Virus record (IMG/VR): IMGVR_UViG_3300031417_000380
Source of the DNA: a virus
Strand: one strand, 5' to 3'
DNA length: 64,000 nucleotides
Shown: positions 18,074 through 26,397 of the stretch, piece after piece
Position numbering within the stretch: the first letter of the stretch is position 1
How the letters are laid out: each line of letters starts with the position of its first letter
The notes under the pieces: model-generated
Databases searched by the model: none
What the model was told of the DNA's origin: nothing
What the model saw: only the letters and a program-made list of their open reading frames with translations
Program-made: the position numbers and the translations under genes

Positions 18074-18102
18074 TTGCTCGCTATAGCTTTGTAGTGTATA
18101 CT
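18074..18102 (+). promoter_or_regulatory. argS promoter
   Basis: TTGCTC-17-TATACT. Confidence 0.7.
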
Positions 18103-18129
18103 TGACTATCCACAACAGTTTGGACCAGC

Positions 18130-19875
18130 ATGAACTTCGTCAACTCTAATCCTGAGCTTGAACTTGCCACCCGTCTTCAGACGGCACTGCGCGAGAGCTT
18201 CGGTGTCGAGTTTGAGCATGTTGACCCGCTCATTCGCCCTTCACGCTTCGCTGATTTCCAGTCCAATGTCAGCCTCGCTCTTGCGAAACGGCTCGGAATC
18301 TCCCCGCGAGCAGTTGCTGAGAAGCTTCTGCAGACCTTCGACGGCGAGAGCTTTGTAGATCAGCCTGAGATCAGCGGGCCAGGTTACATCAACTTCAAGT
18401 TGCTTTCGAGCTGGCTTTCGGCTGCGGTTGTGGAGCGAGCTCAGGATTCGTCGTTCGGCATCAAGCAGGTAGATCAGCGAGTTGTGGTGGACTACTCCTC
18501 ACCCAACGTGGCTAAGGAGATGCACGTCGGACACCTTCGCACCACCGTAGTCGGTGACTCACTGAGTCGAGTTCTCGAAGCCACCGGTGCTTCGGTAATC
18601 CGCCAGAATCACATCGGTGACTGGGGTACTCCGTTCGGCATGCTCATCGAACTGTTGCTCGAGGTAGGGGAGAACTCTGAAGAGGCCTCCATGCTGCAGA
18701 GTAATCCCAACAGCTTCTACCAGGCTGCTCGGAAGCGGTTTGATTCGGACGCCGATTTTGCAGAAAACGCTCGAAAGCGAGTGGTTCTTCTTCAGGCTGG
18801 AGATCAGCAGACACTCGAGCTATGGGAAAAGCTCGTGAGTCAGTCTAAGCTCTACTTCAACGCCCTCTACTCAAAGCTCGACGTAAAGCTTACGGATGCT
18901 GACTTGGCTGGAGAGTCCACCTACAACGCGCAGCTGGCTTCTATCTGTGAAGAGCTAGTAGAACTCGGCCTCGCTCAGGAAAGTAATGGGGCGCTGGTAG
19001 CGTTCTTCGAGGAGCACCGTAATCGTGACGGTTCACCGGCAGCTCTTGTGCTGCGTAAGTCGGATGGCGGCTACGGCTACGCAGCTACCGATCTAGCAGC
19101 GCTTCGGTATCGCGCAGAGGTACTTCAGGCTGATCGGGCATTCTACGTCATCGGAGCACCGCAGGCGCTCCACCTTGCGATGGTGAAGGAGCTTGCCGAG
19201 AAGGCGGGCTGGCTCAAGTCGAACTTCGACTTCGTTCACGTGGCCATCGGTAACGTCCTCGGCGAAGATGGGAAGATGCTGAAGACTCGCTCTGGAGAGC
19301 CGGTTCGACTCCAGATGCTTCTTGAGGAGGCTGTAGCCACTGCGGGTAAGACTCTTGCAGAGAAGCGTCCTGATCTTTCGATTGAGCGCGTGAGTGAGCT
19401 AGCTAAGCCGATCGGTATCGGAGCCGTGAAGTACGCTGATCTATCTGTAGCCCATGAGACTGAGTACACGTTCAATCTGGAGCGGATGACTACGCTCAAC
19501 GGAAACACCGGTCCGTACCTCCAGTACGCAGGAGCACGAATCCGGTCGATCCTGCGTAAGGCGGCAGCTAGTGGTCTCTCCATCGGCGACGTAAACTCTC
19601 TAGTACTCGAAGCTACAGAGGAACGAACGCTGGCTCTTAAGCTACTCAGCTTTGGGCCACTCGTTGACTCTGTAGCAGAGTCGGCGGCGCTCCACAAGCT
19701 TTGCGCCTATCTCTACGAGCTTGCGCAGTTGTTCAGCAGCTTTTACGAGGTTTGCCCGATCATGAAGGCTGAGCCTGCTACCCGGGAAAGCCGACTAGCT
19801 CTTTCTGCGAGCACTCTGGCTACGCTTGAACTTGGGCTGAAGCTTCTGGGAATCACCTTGCCGGATGAGATGTGA
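18130..19875 (+). CDS. argS: arginyl-tRNA synthetase
   Basis: DYSSPNVAKEMHVGHLR (HIGH), NHIGDWGTPFG, LRKSDGGYGY, KMLKTRSG, GNTGPYLQY; full length 581 aa. Confidence 0.95.
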   Translation: MNFVNSNPELELATRLQTALRESFGVEFEHVDPLIRPSRFADFQSNVSLALAKRLGISPRAVAEKLLQTFDGESFVDQPEISGPGYINFKLLSSWLSAAVVERAQDSSFGIKQVDQRVVVDYSSPNVAKEMHVGHLRTTVVGDSLSRVLEATGASVIRQNHIGDWGTPFGMLIELLLEVGENSEEASMLQSNPNSFYQAARKRFDSDADFAENARKRVVLLQAGDQQTLELWEKLVSQSKLYFNALYSKLDVKLTDADLAGESTYNAQLASICEELVELGLAQESNGALVAFFEEHRNRDGSPAALVLRKSDGGYGYAATDLAALRYRAEVLQADRAFYVIGAPQALHLAMVKELAEKAGWLKSNFDFVHVAIGNVLGEDGKMLKTRSGEPVRLQMLLEEAVATAGKTLAEKRPDLSIERVSELAKPIGIGAVKYADLSVAHETEYTFNLERMTTLNGNTGPYLQYAGARIRSILRKAAASGLSIGDVNSLVLEATEERTLALKLLSFGPLVDSVAESAALHKLCAYLYELAQLFSSFYEVCPIMKAEPATRESRLALSASTLATLELGLKLLGITLPDEM

Positions 19876-19933
19876 CGCTAGCTTAGCTCGTAACACATAG
19901 CCTGAGGGAGCACTAAACTCTTTTTATCGGTTG

Positions 19934-19962
19934 TTGCGAGGGTCGATTATTGATGATACAGT
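19934..19962 (+). promoter_or_regulatory. SigA-type promoter, leaderless
   Basis: TTGCGA-17-TACAGT-7-ATG. Confidence 0.75.
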
Positions 19963-19969
19963 TACACAC

Positions 19970-20242
19970 ATGCCAATCGCCACTGACCTCTCCACCGCCG
20001 CAGGTGCTGGAACGGGGAACACCAGCACCTGGAAGTTCGAAGAAAAGTACGCCACGATCCCGATGCACGTCTTCGATGACGCCGGGTACATTGTCGAAAC
20101 TCTCGAGCTCGACAACCACACCGTGATCGAGGAGATCGAAGACCTCGGCGGGGACTACTACCGTCTCTACGGTGTTCACGAGGGTCGTAAGTTCGCCGTT
20201 GAAGGCGTGCTCGACCCCTGGACCGCCCTCATCATCAACTGA
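19970..20242 (+). CDS. hypothetical protein (90 aa)
   Basis: Leaderless ATG 7 nt after TACAGT; high GC3. Confidence 0.75.
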   Translation: MPIATDLSTAAGAGTGNTSTWKFEEKYATIPMHVFDDAGYIVETLELDNHTVIEEIEDLGGDYYRLYGVHEGRKFAVEGVLDPWTALIIN

Positions 20243-20270
20243 TCCGCTCGAACAGCGTAGGAGAATTATT

Positions 20271-20669
20271 ATGAAGCAGGAAGAAGTTCAGTACGGTGGC
20301 GTTTACCGCCTCGAGATCAACGGCGAACTCATCGGCGAGTTCGTCCCGTCCAACTACTGGACGAAGATCTACAACGACTCGCAGGCGCACTACGGCGAGG
20401 AGAACGTCAAGGCATCGTGGGTCCCGTTCGAGAAGCCGGCGGCGTCGGCCGGCCCGAAGCCGGTGACTCTCTACGTCCACGGCAACTCCGGTCGCGGTGA
20501 GTACATCGAGCAGTACGCCGAGAACTTCCGTAAGGCCGGCGTCCCCGCTTCTGTCACCGATGAGGAGATCGGCGAAGCCGTGTGGGGCGCATGTTACGAG
20601 GTCGGGCTTCAGGCCGTTCTGGATCCCAAGACCAAGGAGATCAAGCTGGTCGGTATCGAGGGCGAGTAA
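20271..20669 (+). CDS. hypothetical protein (132 aa)
   Basis: SD AGGAG; high GC3. Confidence 0.75.
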   Translation: MKQEEVQYGGVYRLEINGELIGEFVPSNYWTKIYNDSQAHYGEENVKASWVPFEKPAASAGPKPVTLYVHGNSGRGEYIEQYAENFRKAGVPASVTDEEIGEAVWGACYEVGLQAVLDPKTKEIKLVGIEGE

Positions 20670-20679
20670 CGCCAACTTC

Positions 20680-20728
20680 ACACTACTCCGCAGGTCGTTT
20701 CATTTCGAGGCGACCTGCGGAGTAGTGT
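20680..20728 (+). terminator. terminator hairpin
   Basis: 18-bp perfect inverted repeat. Confidence 0.75.
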
Positions 20729-20735
20729 AAGAGCC

Positions 20736-20764
20736 TTGTAGGGCGAGTCAATTTATGATACTGT
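20736..20764 (+). promoter_or_regulatory. SigA-type promoter
   Basis: TTGTAG-17-TACTGT. Confidence 0.6.
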
Positions 20765-20800
20765 TTCATTAATAGCATATCCGACTACGAGAGTAACCCT

Positions 20801-21046
20801 ATGCAGACACGAGAAGAAGCCGAAGCAGAGGTTCGCCGCCTGCTCGCTAAGGTCGATGAGATCAACAACGAAGTAGACTACAACCCGAGCGAGGGCTTTA
20901 TTGTAGAGTCGCTCGTGATCGGCGATGATGAGCGTGGCTACACTGTCTTGCTCGGATGGATTCTCTACGAGCTAGAGATTACTCTTGATGACGAGGTCGT
21001 CTACAAGTTCAAGAAGTGGTACGACTCCGAGGAGAACCGCGCATGA
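20801..21046 (+). CDS. acidic hypothetical protein
   Basis: Downstream of promoter 20736-20764. Confidence 0.7.
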   Translation: MQTREEAEAEVRRLLAKVDEINNEVDYNPSEGFIVESLVIGDDERGYTVLLGWILYELEITLDDEVVYKFKKWYDSEENRA

Positions 21047-22119
21047 ACCGCAAGCTCTTTCACCTAGTCAAGATGAGCTGGATGTTCTCCTGGCGACTGC
21101 TCATCGTGAGTGTCGTGATCTCGGCCGGGAGGCTTAACGACGCAGTGATTCCGGTTGCAGTGATCCTCGCTGCAGTGATGATCTTTGGGTTCAACAAAGC
21201 TCTTCGCACCTGGCCGCTTGCACGGCTTCTTACACGCGCTCTTTGGCTCATCCCCGCCGACACCTGGGGGCCTGAAAGCCAGGAGACGCACAAGAAGTAC
21301 CTGGCAGAGAAGGAGAAGGATCGGCAGCGTAAGCATGCTCGAAAGAATCCTTCTTACCGACTTCCGGCGAAGCTGCGTCCGACCTTTAGTGGGTTTACCG
21401 ACAGAGCATCAGCCAACGGGCGTATGACCGGCTTTGAGCCCCGGATTCTCGAAAGCAATCCTGTGCCGCATTCGCCGTTAATGGTAGGAGCACCAGGAAA
21501 GAACCTTGGTGACGGATCAGACTTCTCCGAAGAGCACATCGCACTTGGCCGTCAGGGTGAAGAAAACTTTGCTCGTGCTCTTCAGAAGGAGCATTTGCTT
21601 AACAGCTTCCTAAGCATCTGGTCTGTTCCGGTTCCGGACAAGGACTCAACTGCGTTACTGGGAAACGCCTTCGGCTGGGACATTGACTGTGTCCTCGCTA
21701 CTCGAGACGTGATCTATTTAGTTGACCTCAAGAACTACAAGGGAGGCAGCGTCAAGTACGAGACTTTCGAAGATCTTCTCTATTGCAGCGACATCCCTAC
21801 CGACTCAAAGGTCGGTGAACCAAAGACTATGTCCAAGAACATGTTCTACGCCACGCAGACGATGCGGCGCCACTTCCCAAATGTTCAGTTCGCACCGGTT
21901 GTCGTGTTCATGCCGACTAATAAGGGAGAAGCGATCCTCGATGATGTCTTCTGGCCCGGTGGTATTCCGGCGATGAACCTCTCGCAGTTCCTAGAAGCGC
22001 TCAAGGCTCAAAAGCCGTACGACAGCACTGCACAGACCGCCACCGTTATTGCTGCTAGTCGAATCAGCTTTCTCAGATTTGGCAAGCGTCAGGCTGAAGC
22101 CGGTGAAGAGGAGTACTGA
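21043..22119 (+). CDS. membrane-anchored NERD-like (PD-(D/E)xK) nuclease
   Basis: N-terminal TMs; GRQGEENF..DIDCVL..YLVDLKNYKGG. Confidence 0.7.
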   Translation: MNRKLFHLVKMSWMFSWRLLIVSVVISAGRLNDAVIPVAVILAAVMIFGFNKALRTWPLARLLTRALWLIPADTWGPESQETHKKYLAEKEKDRQRKHARKNPSYRLPAKLRPTFSGFTDRASANGRMTGFEPRILESNPVPHSPLMVGAPGKNLGDGSDFSEEHIALGRQGEENFARALQKEHLLNSFLSIWSVPVPDKDSTALLGNAFGWDIDCVLATRDVIYLVDLKNYKGGSVKYETFEDLLYCSDIPTDSKVGEPKTMSKNMFYATQTMRRHFPNVQFAPVVVFMPTNKGEAILDDVFWPGGIPAMNLSQFLEALKAQKPYDSTAQTATVIAASRISFLRFGKRQAEAGEEEY

Positions 22120-22382
22120 TGTCGTTCCATTGGATGCTCATTGTGGGGCTCTTGCTTTCCGGGGCGAGTACGCTCCTCGACCGCTATATTGAGCGACAGC
22201 CTGACCCAACCCCAAGACTCAAGAACGCAATCACTCTGAGCGATGATGACTACGCTGAACTGGACGCCGCTACGGCTCGTCGAGTCAAGCTACTCTTCTT
22301 AAGTGCGGGGCTCAGCCTTGCGGCTGGGGCTTTCGCTCTTGTGTTCCTGGTAGCACTTACGATTCAGCTTTTTAACCAGTAA
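22119..22382 (+). CDS. 2-TM membrane protein
   Basis: TGATG coupling. Confidence 0.7.
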   Translation: MSFHWMLIVGLLLSGASTLLDRYIERQPDPTPRLKNAITLSDDDYAELDAATARRVKLLFLSAGLSLAAGAFALVFLVALTIQLFNQ

Positions 22383-22385
22383 TCC

Positions 22386-22431
22386 CAACCGCGCCGTGGT
22401 CTTACTTGAAAGCTTGACCGCGGCGCGGTTG
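22386..22431 (+). terminator. terminator hairpin
   Basis: About 16-bp stem with one G-U pair. Confidence 0.7.
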
Positions 22432-22457
22432 TCGTAAGAGCGCTAGTCGTGTATCGT
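22429..22457 (+). promoter_or_regulatory. SigA-type promoter, -35 overlapping hairpin arm
   Basis: TTGTCG-17-TATCGT. Confidence 0.65.
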
Positions 22458-22499
22458 TATGCTCAACGCAATAACAAGCCATCTAAGGAGCGCCGTAAC

Positions 22500-23000
22500 A
22501 TGGCCACCGAAAAGCACTTCGATCAGCTGTCCGAGTTCCACCTCCGCGATCTGAGCAAGGTGAAGCCCGGCGTCGGCCTCGTGCTTCTTCACACGCCGAC
22601 TCCGACGGATGAGCCGGACTACGAGGCGACGATGATCCACCCGCGAGCTCAGCTCGTTACGGTCTCTAGCGTCGCTGAGATGACCTTCGACGAGCTCCAC
22701 CCCAGCGTTCAGCGCTTCGCCGGTGACGCCGAGCGCAGCACCGTGATCTCTTACATCGACGCGATCTCCGGTCGTGCTGGCTACGTCTACGCTTCTGACG
22801 CCGGCCTGAAGCCGTATGACTCCGGCGTCTTCAACGACATGAACTTCACTGTTCTCGCCGATGACCTGCAGACCGCAGGAGTGATCCTGAACCTGACTCC
22901 TTCCGAGACTTACGCTGCGGCTGTCTACCGTTTCAACGAGCAAGTGGACGCGCTCGAGAACGAGGGCCTCGACAACGATGAGAGCGACGGCAGCTGGTAA
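22500..23000 (+). CDS. hypothetical protein (166 aa)
   Basis: SD AAGGAG; promoter 22429-22457. Confidence 0.75.
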   Translation: MATEKHFDQLSEFHLRDLSKVKPGVGLVLLHTPTPTDEPDYEATMIHPRAQLVTVSSVAEMTFDELHPSVQRFAGDAERSTVISYIDAISGRAGYVYASDAGLKPYDSGVFNDMNFTVLADDLQTAGVILNLTPSETYAAAVYRFNEQVDALENEGLDNDESDGSW

Positions 23001-23066
23001 GCTCGCTTCGACTCATCGTTTCACTAGCAGTTCTTAATCGTTCTCAAACTTAGGAAGGAGCTTCTC

Positions 23067-23369
23067 ATGGAGCTCGAAACTCAGGAACTCGTCAACGGCG
23101 TTCCGACTCAGACCGCTGACACGGCCACCGAATCCGGTGTCGGCACCGCCCTCATGTTCACTCCGATCACCGCGGATGTTGTGAAGCCTGGCATGACGTT
23201 GCGCTTCAAGAAGCACGGTGAGTCCACCATCATCGGTACGGTGCGTGTCGAGCATGTTCACCCGACTCGTGATGAGCTCGTGGTGGATGCTGTCTACCGC
23301 GATGCTGCGGTGAACCAGCTGCTCTTCGACTCCTACGACTCGGTGGACGTTCTTCAGTTCGCTTACTGA
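23067..23369 (+). CDS. hypothetical protein
   Basis: SD AAGGAG; high GC3. Confidence 0.75.
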   Translation: MELETQELVNGVPTQTADTATESGVGTALMFTPITADVVKPGMTLRFKKHGESTIIGTVRVEHVHPTRDELVVDAVYRDAAVNQLLFDSYDSVDVLQFAY

Positions 23370-23378
23370 TCCAACCGA

Positions 23379-23424
23379 ACTTACTGCGGGTGCTCCGGCT
23401 GTAGCTGGGGTGCTCGCAGTAAGT
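23379..23424 (+). terminator. long G-U-rich terminator hairpin
   Basis: 21-bp stem with 5 G-U pairs on plus-strand RNA. Confidence 0.65.
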
Positions 23425-23503
23425 CGTTGATCCCGCGAACATCGATGCGAGCTAGCGACCTGCGCTGTCTTAGCAGGCTAGGCTGTTTCGGTATGATCTT
23501 CGC

Positions 23504-23962
23504 ATGAACTTTCCACAACTCGGAGCTCTTCCTCTGAATGAGCTAGCCATCATAGTAGCTATTTCGCTCGTGTTCGTGGTGACCGTACTGACGTTTGGTT
23601 ATTTACTTTACGCGGTTATCACAAAGGCTGAGCAGACGAAGAAAGCTAAATACACCCGTATCGCAGTTACGGCGTTAGGTGTATCTGTTCTAGCCGTCAC
23701 CGGTATCTTTGTGAGTAATCAGCCTAGGGGTACCGGTATCGAGCGCTATAACGCTTCGATGGTTAATTACATGGACAAGTCCTACGGCCTCACCATCACG
23801 AAGGCTGAGACCTGGAAGTTGCTTGATCTTAAGCCGGCTACCGTAACCACCGCCGACGGAGAGACGGAGAAGGTGCGGCTTACTAGCCTTACTGAGGACG
23901 AGCCAAAGCTAATCGGTGAGGACCTCTCCACGATCCCTAAACTCGCGAAGAAAGCTGATTGA
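23504..23962 (+). CDS. MNFPQ membrane protein copy 1
   Basis: 2 TM plus C-terminal YMDKSYGLTIT domain; ATG 6 nt after TATGAT. Confidence 0.8.
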   Translation: MNFPQLGALPLNELAIIVAISLVFVVTVLTFGYLLYAVITKAEQTKKAKYTRIAVTALGVSVLAVTGIFVSNQPRGTGIERYNASMVNYMDKSYGLTITKAETWKLLDLKPATVTTADGETEKVRLTSLTEDEPKLIGEDLSTIPKLAKKAD

Positions 23963-23964
23963 CA

Positions 23965-24444
23965 ATGAACTTCCCCCAGTACCACGCACCGGACACGGCA
24001 GTCACTTTAGGCATGCTTGTGGCTCCCGTTATCTTAGGCCTCGTGGCGCTAGCAGCGATAGTCTACTTCTTCGTCTTTTCGGGCCGAACAAAGCAGAAGC
24101 ACGCTGAAAGCATTGCCACTACTGCTTTCTTGGTTTTCGTCGTTGTGAGTATTGCAGCTGTCTGTAGCTTCCTGTTTGCCCACGCGAAGGCTGAGTCAAA
24201 CGACCGAAAGGTTGCCGTTAGCAAGTATTACGGTGATGTATCCTCCTACATTGACAAGGTCTACGGCGTAAAGATCACTAAGGATTCAGCTCGAGATCTA
24301 ACTAGCGGTGATGAGACCGCTGGCCTCGCTCCGAGTGGAGAGACCATCACACTCTCGCTTCTGAACCGCGACCAGAAGAACCCGGTTCTCATCGGCACCG
24401 ATCACAATCCGATCCCAAAGTACGAACGACTTACTGCTAAATAA
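23965..24444 (+). CDS. MNFPQ membrane protein copy 2
   Basis: 2 TM plus YIDKVYGVKIT. Confidence 0.8.
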   Translation: MNFPQYHAPDTAVTLGMLVAPVILGLVALAAIVYFFVFSGRTKQKHAESIATTAFLVFVVVSIAAVCSFLFAHAKAESNDRKVAVSKYYGDVSSYIDKVYGVKITKDSARDLTSGDETAGLAPSGETITLSLLNRDQKNPVLIGTDHNPIPKYERLTAK

Positions 24445-24524
24445 GACAGCTCTCAACGCAAGGCTAGCCGATAGCTACAACTACTAGCGCCGCTTTCGAG
24501 TGAGAGCCACCATCGGAGAAAAGT

Positions 24525-25025
24525 ATGAACTTCCCTCAGTACACCCCGCCGGAGATTCCAGATACCGGAGCCACCATCATCGGCTTCGCCATCGTCTCAG
24601 TCGTGCTCTTACTTGTCTCTGCAGTCACAGCCTTCGGTGGAGCAGCTTCAGCTAAGAAGGACGGTAAAAACGTCTGGATTCTTCAGCTCATCGGTGGCCT
24701 CGTCATCACCGGAGCGGCTACAGCTGTGAGCATCCTCCTTGTGCACCAGCTCGTAACTCACAATCCTGTGACTCTTCAAAAAGAGTACGCGAAAGATGTC
24801 GCTCACTCGCAGGGGCTCTACAAGGAGAAGCTAGTAAAGTGGTTCGATACTGAATACGGAGTAACCGTTTCGCCAGAAGCCGCTTACAGTCTCTCCCAGG
24901 GGACCATAGCCGCCGGCACTCTCCCAGATAACAGCCGTACTGCTCTCGTACTTACCGATCGAGAAACTTCGAAGCCTGGCCTAATGAAGCTCAACGTAGG
25001 CGAAGAGATTAAACCACTTAACTAA
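24525..25025 (+). CDS. MNFPQ membrane protein copy 3
   Basis: 2 TM plus WFDTEYGVTVS; SD GGAG. Confidence 0.8.
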   Translation: MNFPQYTPPEIPDTGATIIGFAIVSVVLLLVSAVTAFGGAASAKKDGKNVWILQLIGGLVITGAATAVSILLVHQLVTHNPVTLQKEYAKDVAHSQGLYKEKLVKWFDTEYGVTVSPEAAYSLSQGTIAAGTLPDNSRTALVLTDRETSKPGLMKLNVGEEIKPLN

Positions 25026-25043
25026 ACTAACTGAGTTTTCGTG

Positions 25044-25071
25044 TTGCGCTAAAACGTTGGCCGTGTAAAGT
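25044..25071 (+). promoter_or_regulatory. SigA-type promoter
   Basis: TTGCGC-16-TAAAGT. Confidence 0.7.
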
Positions 25072-25100
25072 GTTCCTCATAGCAAAGCTAAGGAGCTACC

Positions 25101-25322
25101 ATGGGTCGTCGCTACGGGTTTGATCGAGACTACACGCACAACGTTTTCGGTGCGGACGAGCACCTGCGAGTGACTCTCTTCAAGCTCAGCAAGGATGGGA
25201 AGCGCTGGGTTCCGGTGCAGGATTGGTCTTACAGCACGTTCATGCAAGAGCGAATCGCTAACGCTCGAGCTGAGCGGCGTATCAAGAAGCTTCGGAGCGT
25301 CTACGGCGCCGAAGCAATCTAG
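25101..25322 (+). CDS. basic hypothetical protein
   Basis: SD AAGGAG; promoter 25044-25071. Confidence 0.75.
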   Translation: MGRRYGFDRDYTHNVFGADEHLRVTLFKLSKDGKRWVPVQDWSYSTFMQERIANARAERRIKKLRSVYGAEAI

Positions 25323-25448
25323 CTTTACTCACTCCCCCTCTTTCTTCGCGAAGGAGGGGAGAAGAGTGAGAGCTTGAGCCTCCTGTTGCGCTGAGATCTG
25401 TTGTGTGTAATAGTGGTTGTAATCGATCCTCGACCGAACGGAAAGCTC

Positions 25449-25607
25449 ATGGCCTACACCGACCGTCCCGCAATCTGCGCCGCTTGTGACACGCGGCACC
25501 CGACGCTCAAGCAGCGTCGAGAGCGTGGCGAAGAGGTCACCGATCGAGAGCTCACCTGCAACATCGCGCTCCGTGAGGGCATCAGCTACGCGGAGGCGGC
25601 TGCCTGA
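25449..25607 (+). CDS. 52-aa protein with CxxC
   Basis: GGAAAG SD; ICAACD; followed by terminator. Confidence 0.6.
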   Translation: MAYTDRPAICAACDTRHPTLKQRRERGEEVTDRELTCNIALREGISYAEAAA

Positions 25608-25636
25608 TCTAGAGGTTCGAACAAACTTTCGATTAG

Positions 25637-25669
25637 CTCCTGTGCTGCTTTGACGGCGCAGGAGTTTTT
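25637..25669 (+). terminator. intrinsic terminator
   Basis: 11-bp stem followed by TTTTT. Confidence 0.75.
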
Positions 25670-25713
25670 CGTAAGAGCTTCTTTTATCGGTTGAAACTTT
25701 TTCGATTGAGAGT

Positions 25714-25741
25714 TTGCGTTCTGTTTCGATTCATGTATAGT
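25714..25741 (+). promoter_or_regulatory. SigA-type promoter
   Basis: TTGCGT-16-TATAGT. Confidence 0.7.
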
Positions 25742-25785
25742 TGTTCTCACCAACGCTTAATCGTAGCTCTGAAAGGCATCCTCCC

Positions 25786-26097
25786 ATGGCCACCAAGTTC
25801 GTCTCCACCCTCCCTAAGTCGCTTAGCCAGCAGACGGAGAAGGCCGGCCGCGGTCGTCCCCGTAAGTTCATCACCGCATCGCTCGAGACCCAGCTGAAGA
25901 AGCGTCCCGGTAAGTGGGCGGTGCTGAAGGAGAACGCCAACGCCACCGAGGCAACCCGTCTCCGCAAGCAGGCAGCTGCCGCCGGCATCATCGTCAAGTT
26001 CGTCTCCAAGGAGTCGACCGACGTGAAGTCGAAGACCGGTCGTCCCTACAAGCGCGTGATCGGTGACATCTACGCCACCATCCCCGAGTCGAAGTAA
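25786..26097 (+). CDS. small basic protein with AT-hook-like GRGRPRK
   Basis: SD GAAAGG; own promoter and terminator. Confidence 0.7.
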   Translation: MATKFVSTLPKSLSQQTEKAGRGRPRKFITASLETQLKKRPGKWAVLKENANATEATRLRKQAAAAGIIVKFVSKESTDVKSKTGRPYKRVIGDIYATIPESK

Positions 26098-26110
26098 CGC
26101 AGCTCTCACT

Positions 26111-26155
26111 CGCTGAAAGCCCCGCAGCTACTATTACGCTGCGGGGCTTTCAGCG
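26111..26155 (+). terminator. terminator hairpin
   Basis: 18-bp perfect inverted repeat. Confidence 0.75.
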
Positions 26156-26199
26156 TAAAGTGTTAAGATAGCACGGTATGGGAATTAAGGAGTTTACGA

Positions 26200-26382
26200 A
26201 TGATCTTCTCAGTCTTGCTAGCTTCCGCTGGGCTAGCACTCGCCGGGCTTTCCGCGTACGCACTCTTCACTCCTTCGGCTAAGCAGGAGATTCGCATTCT
26301 TCGAGAGACCACGACACCGGTTCACATCACTGTCGGAATCATCGGGCTTATCCTCGTCGGAATCGGCGTCGCTGGCTCATAG
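26200..26382 (+). CDS. 2-TM small membrane protein
   Basis: SD AAGGAG. Confidence 0.7.
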   Translation: MIFSVLLASAGLALAGLSAYALFTPSAKQEIRILRETTTPVHITVGIIGLILVGIGVAGS

Positions 26383-26397
26383 ATCGATAGGAAAATA

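Noticed and set aside
17879-18114. DnaA-box-like words (TTATCCACG on the minus strand near 17880; CTATCCACA near 18106) suggesting an origin
   Set aside because: Only two one-mismatch boxes, with no cluster or AT-rich unwinding element.
17851-18129. T-box riboswitch ahead of argS
   Set aside because: No T-box consensus (UGGNACC) was seen, and the promoter lies only about 27 nt before the ATG.
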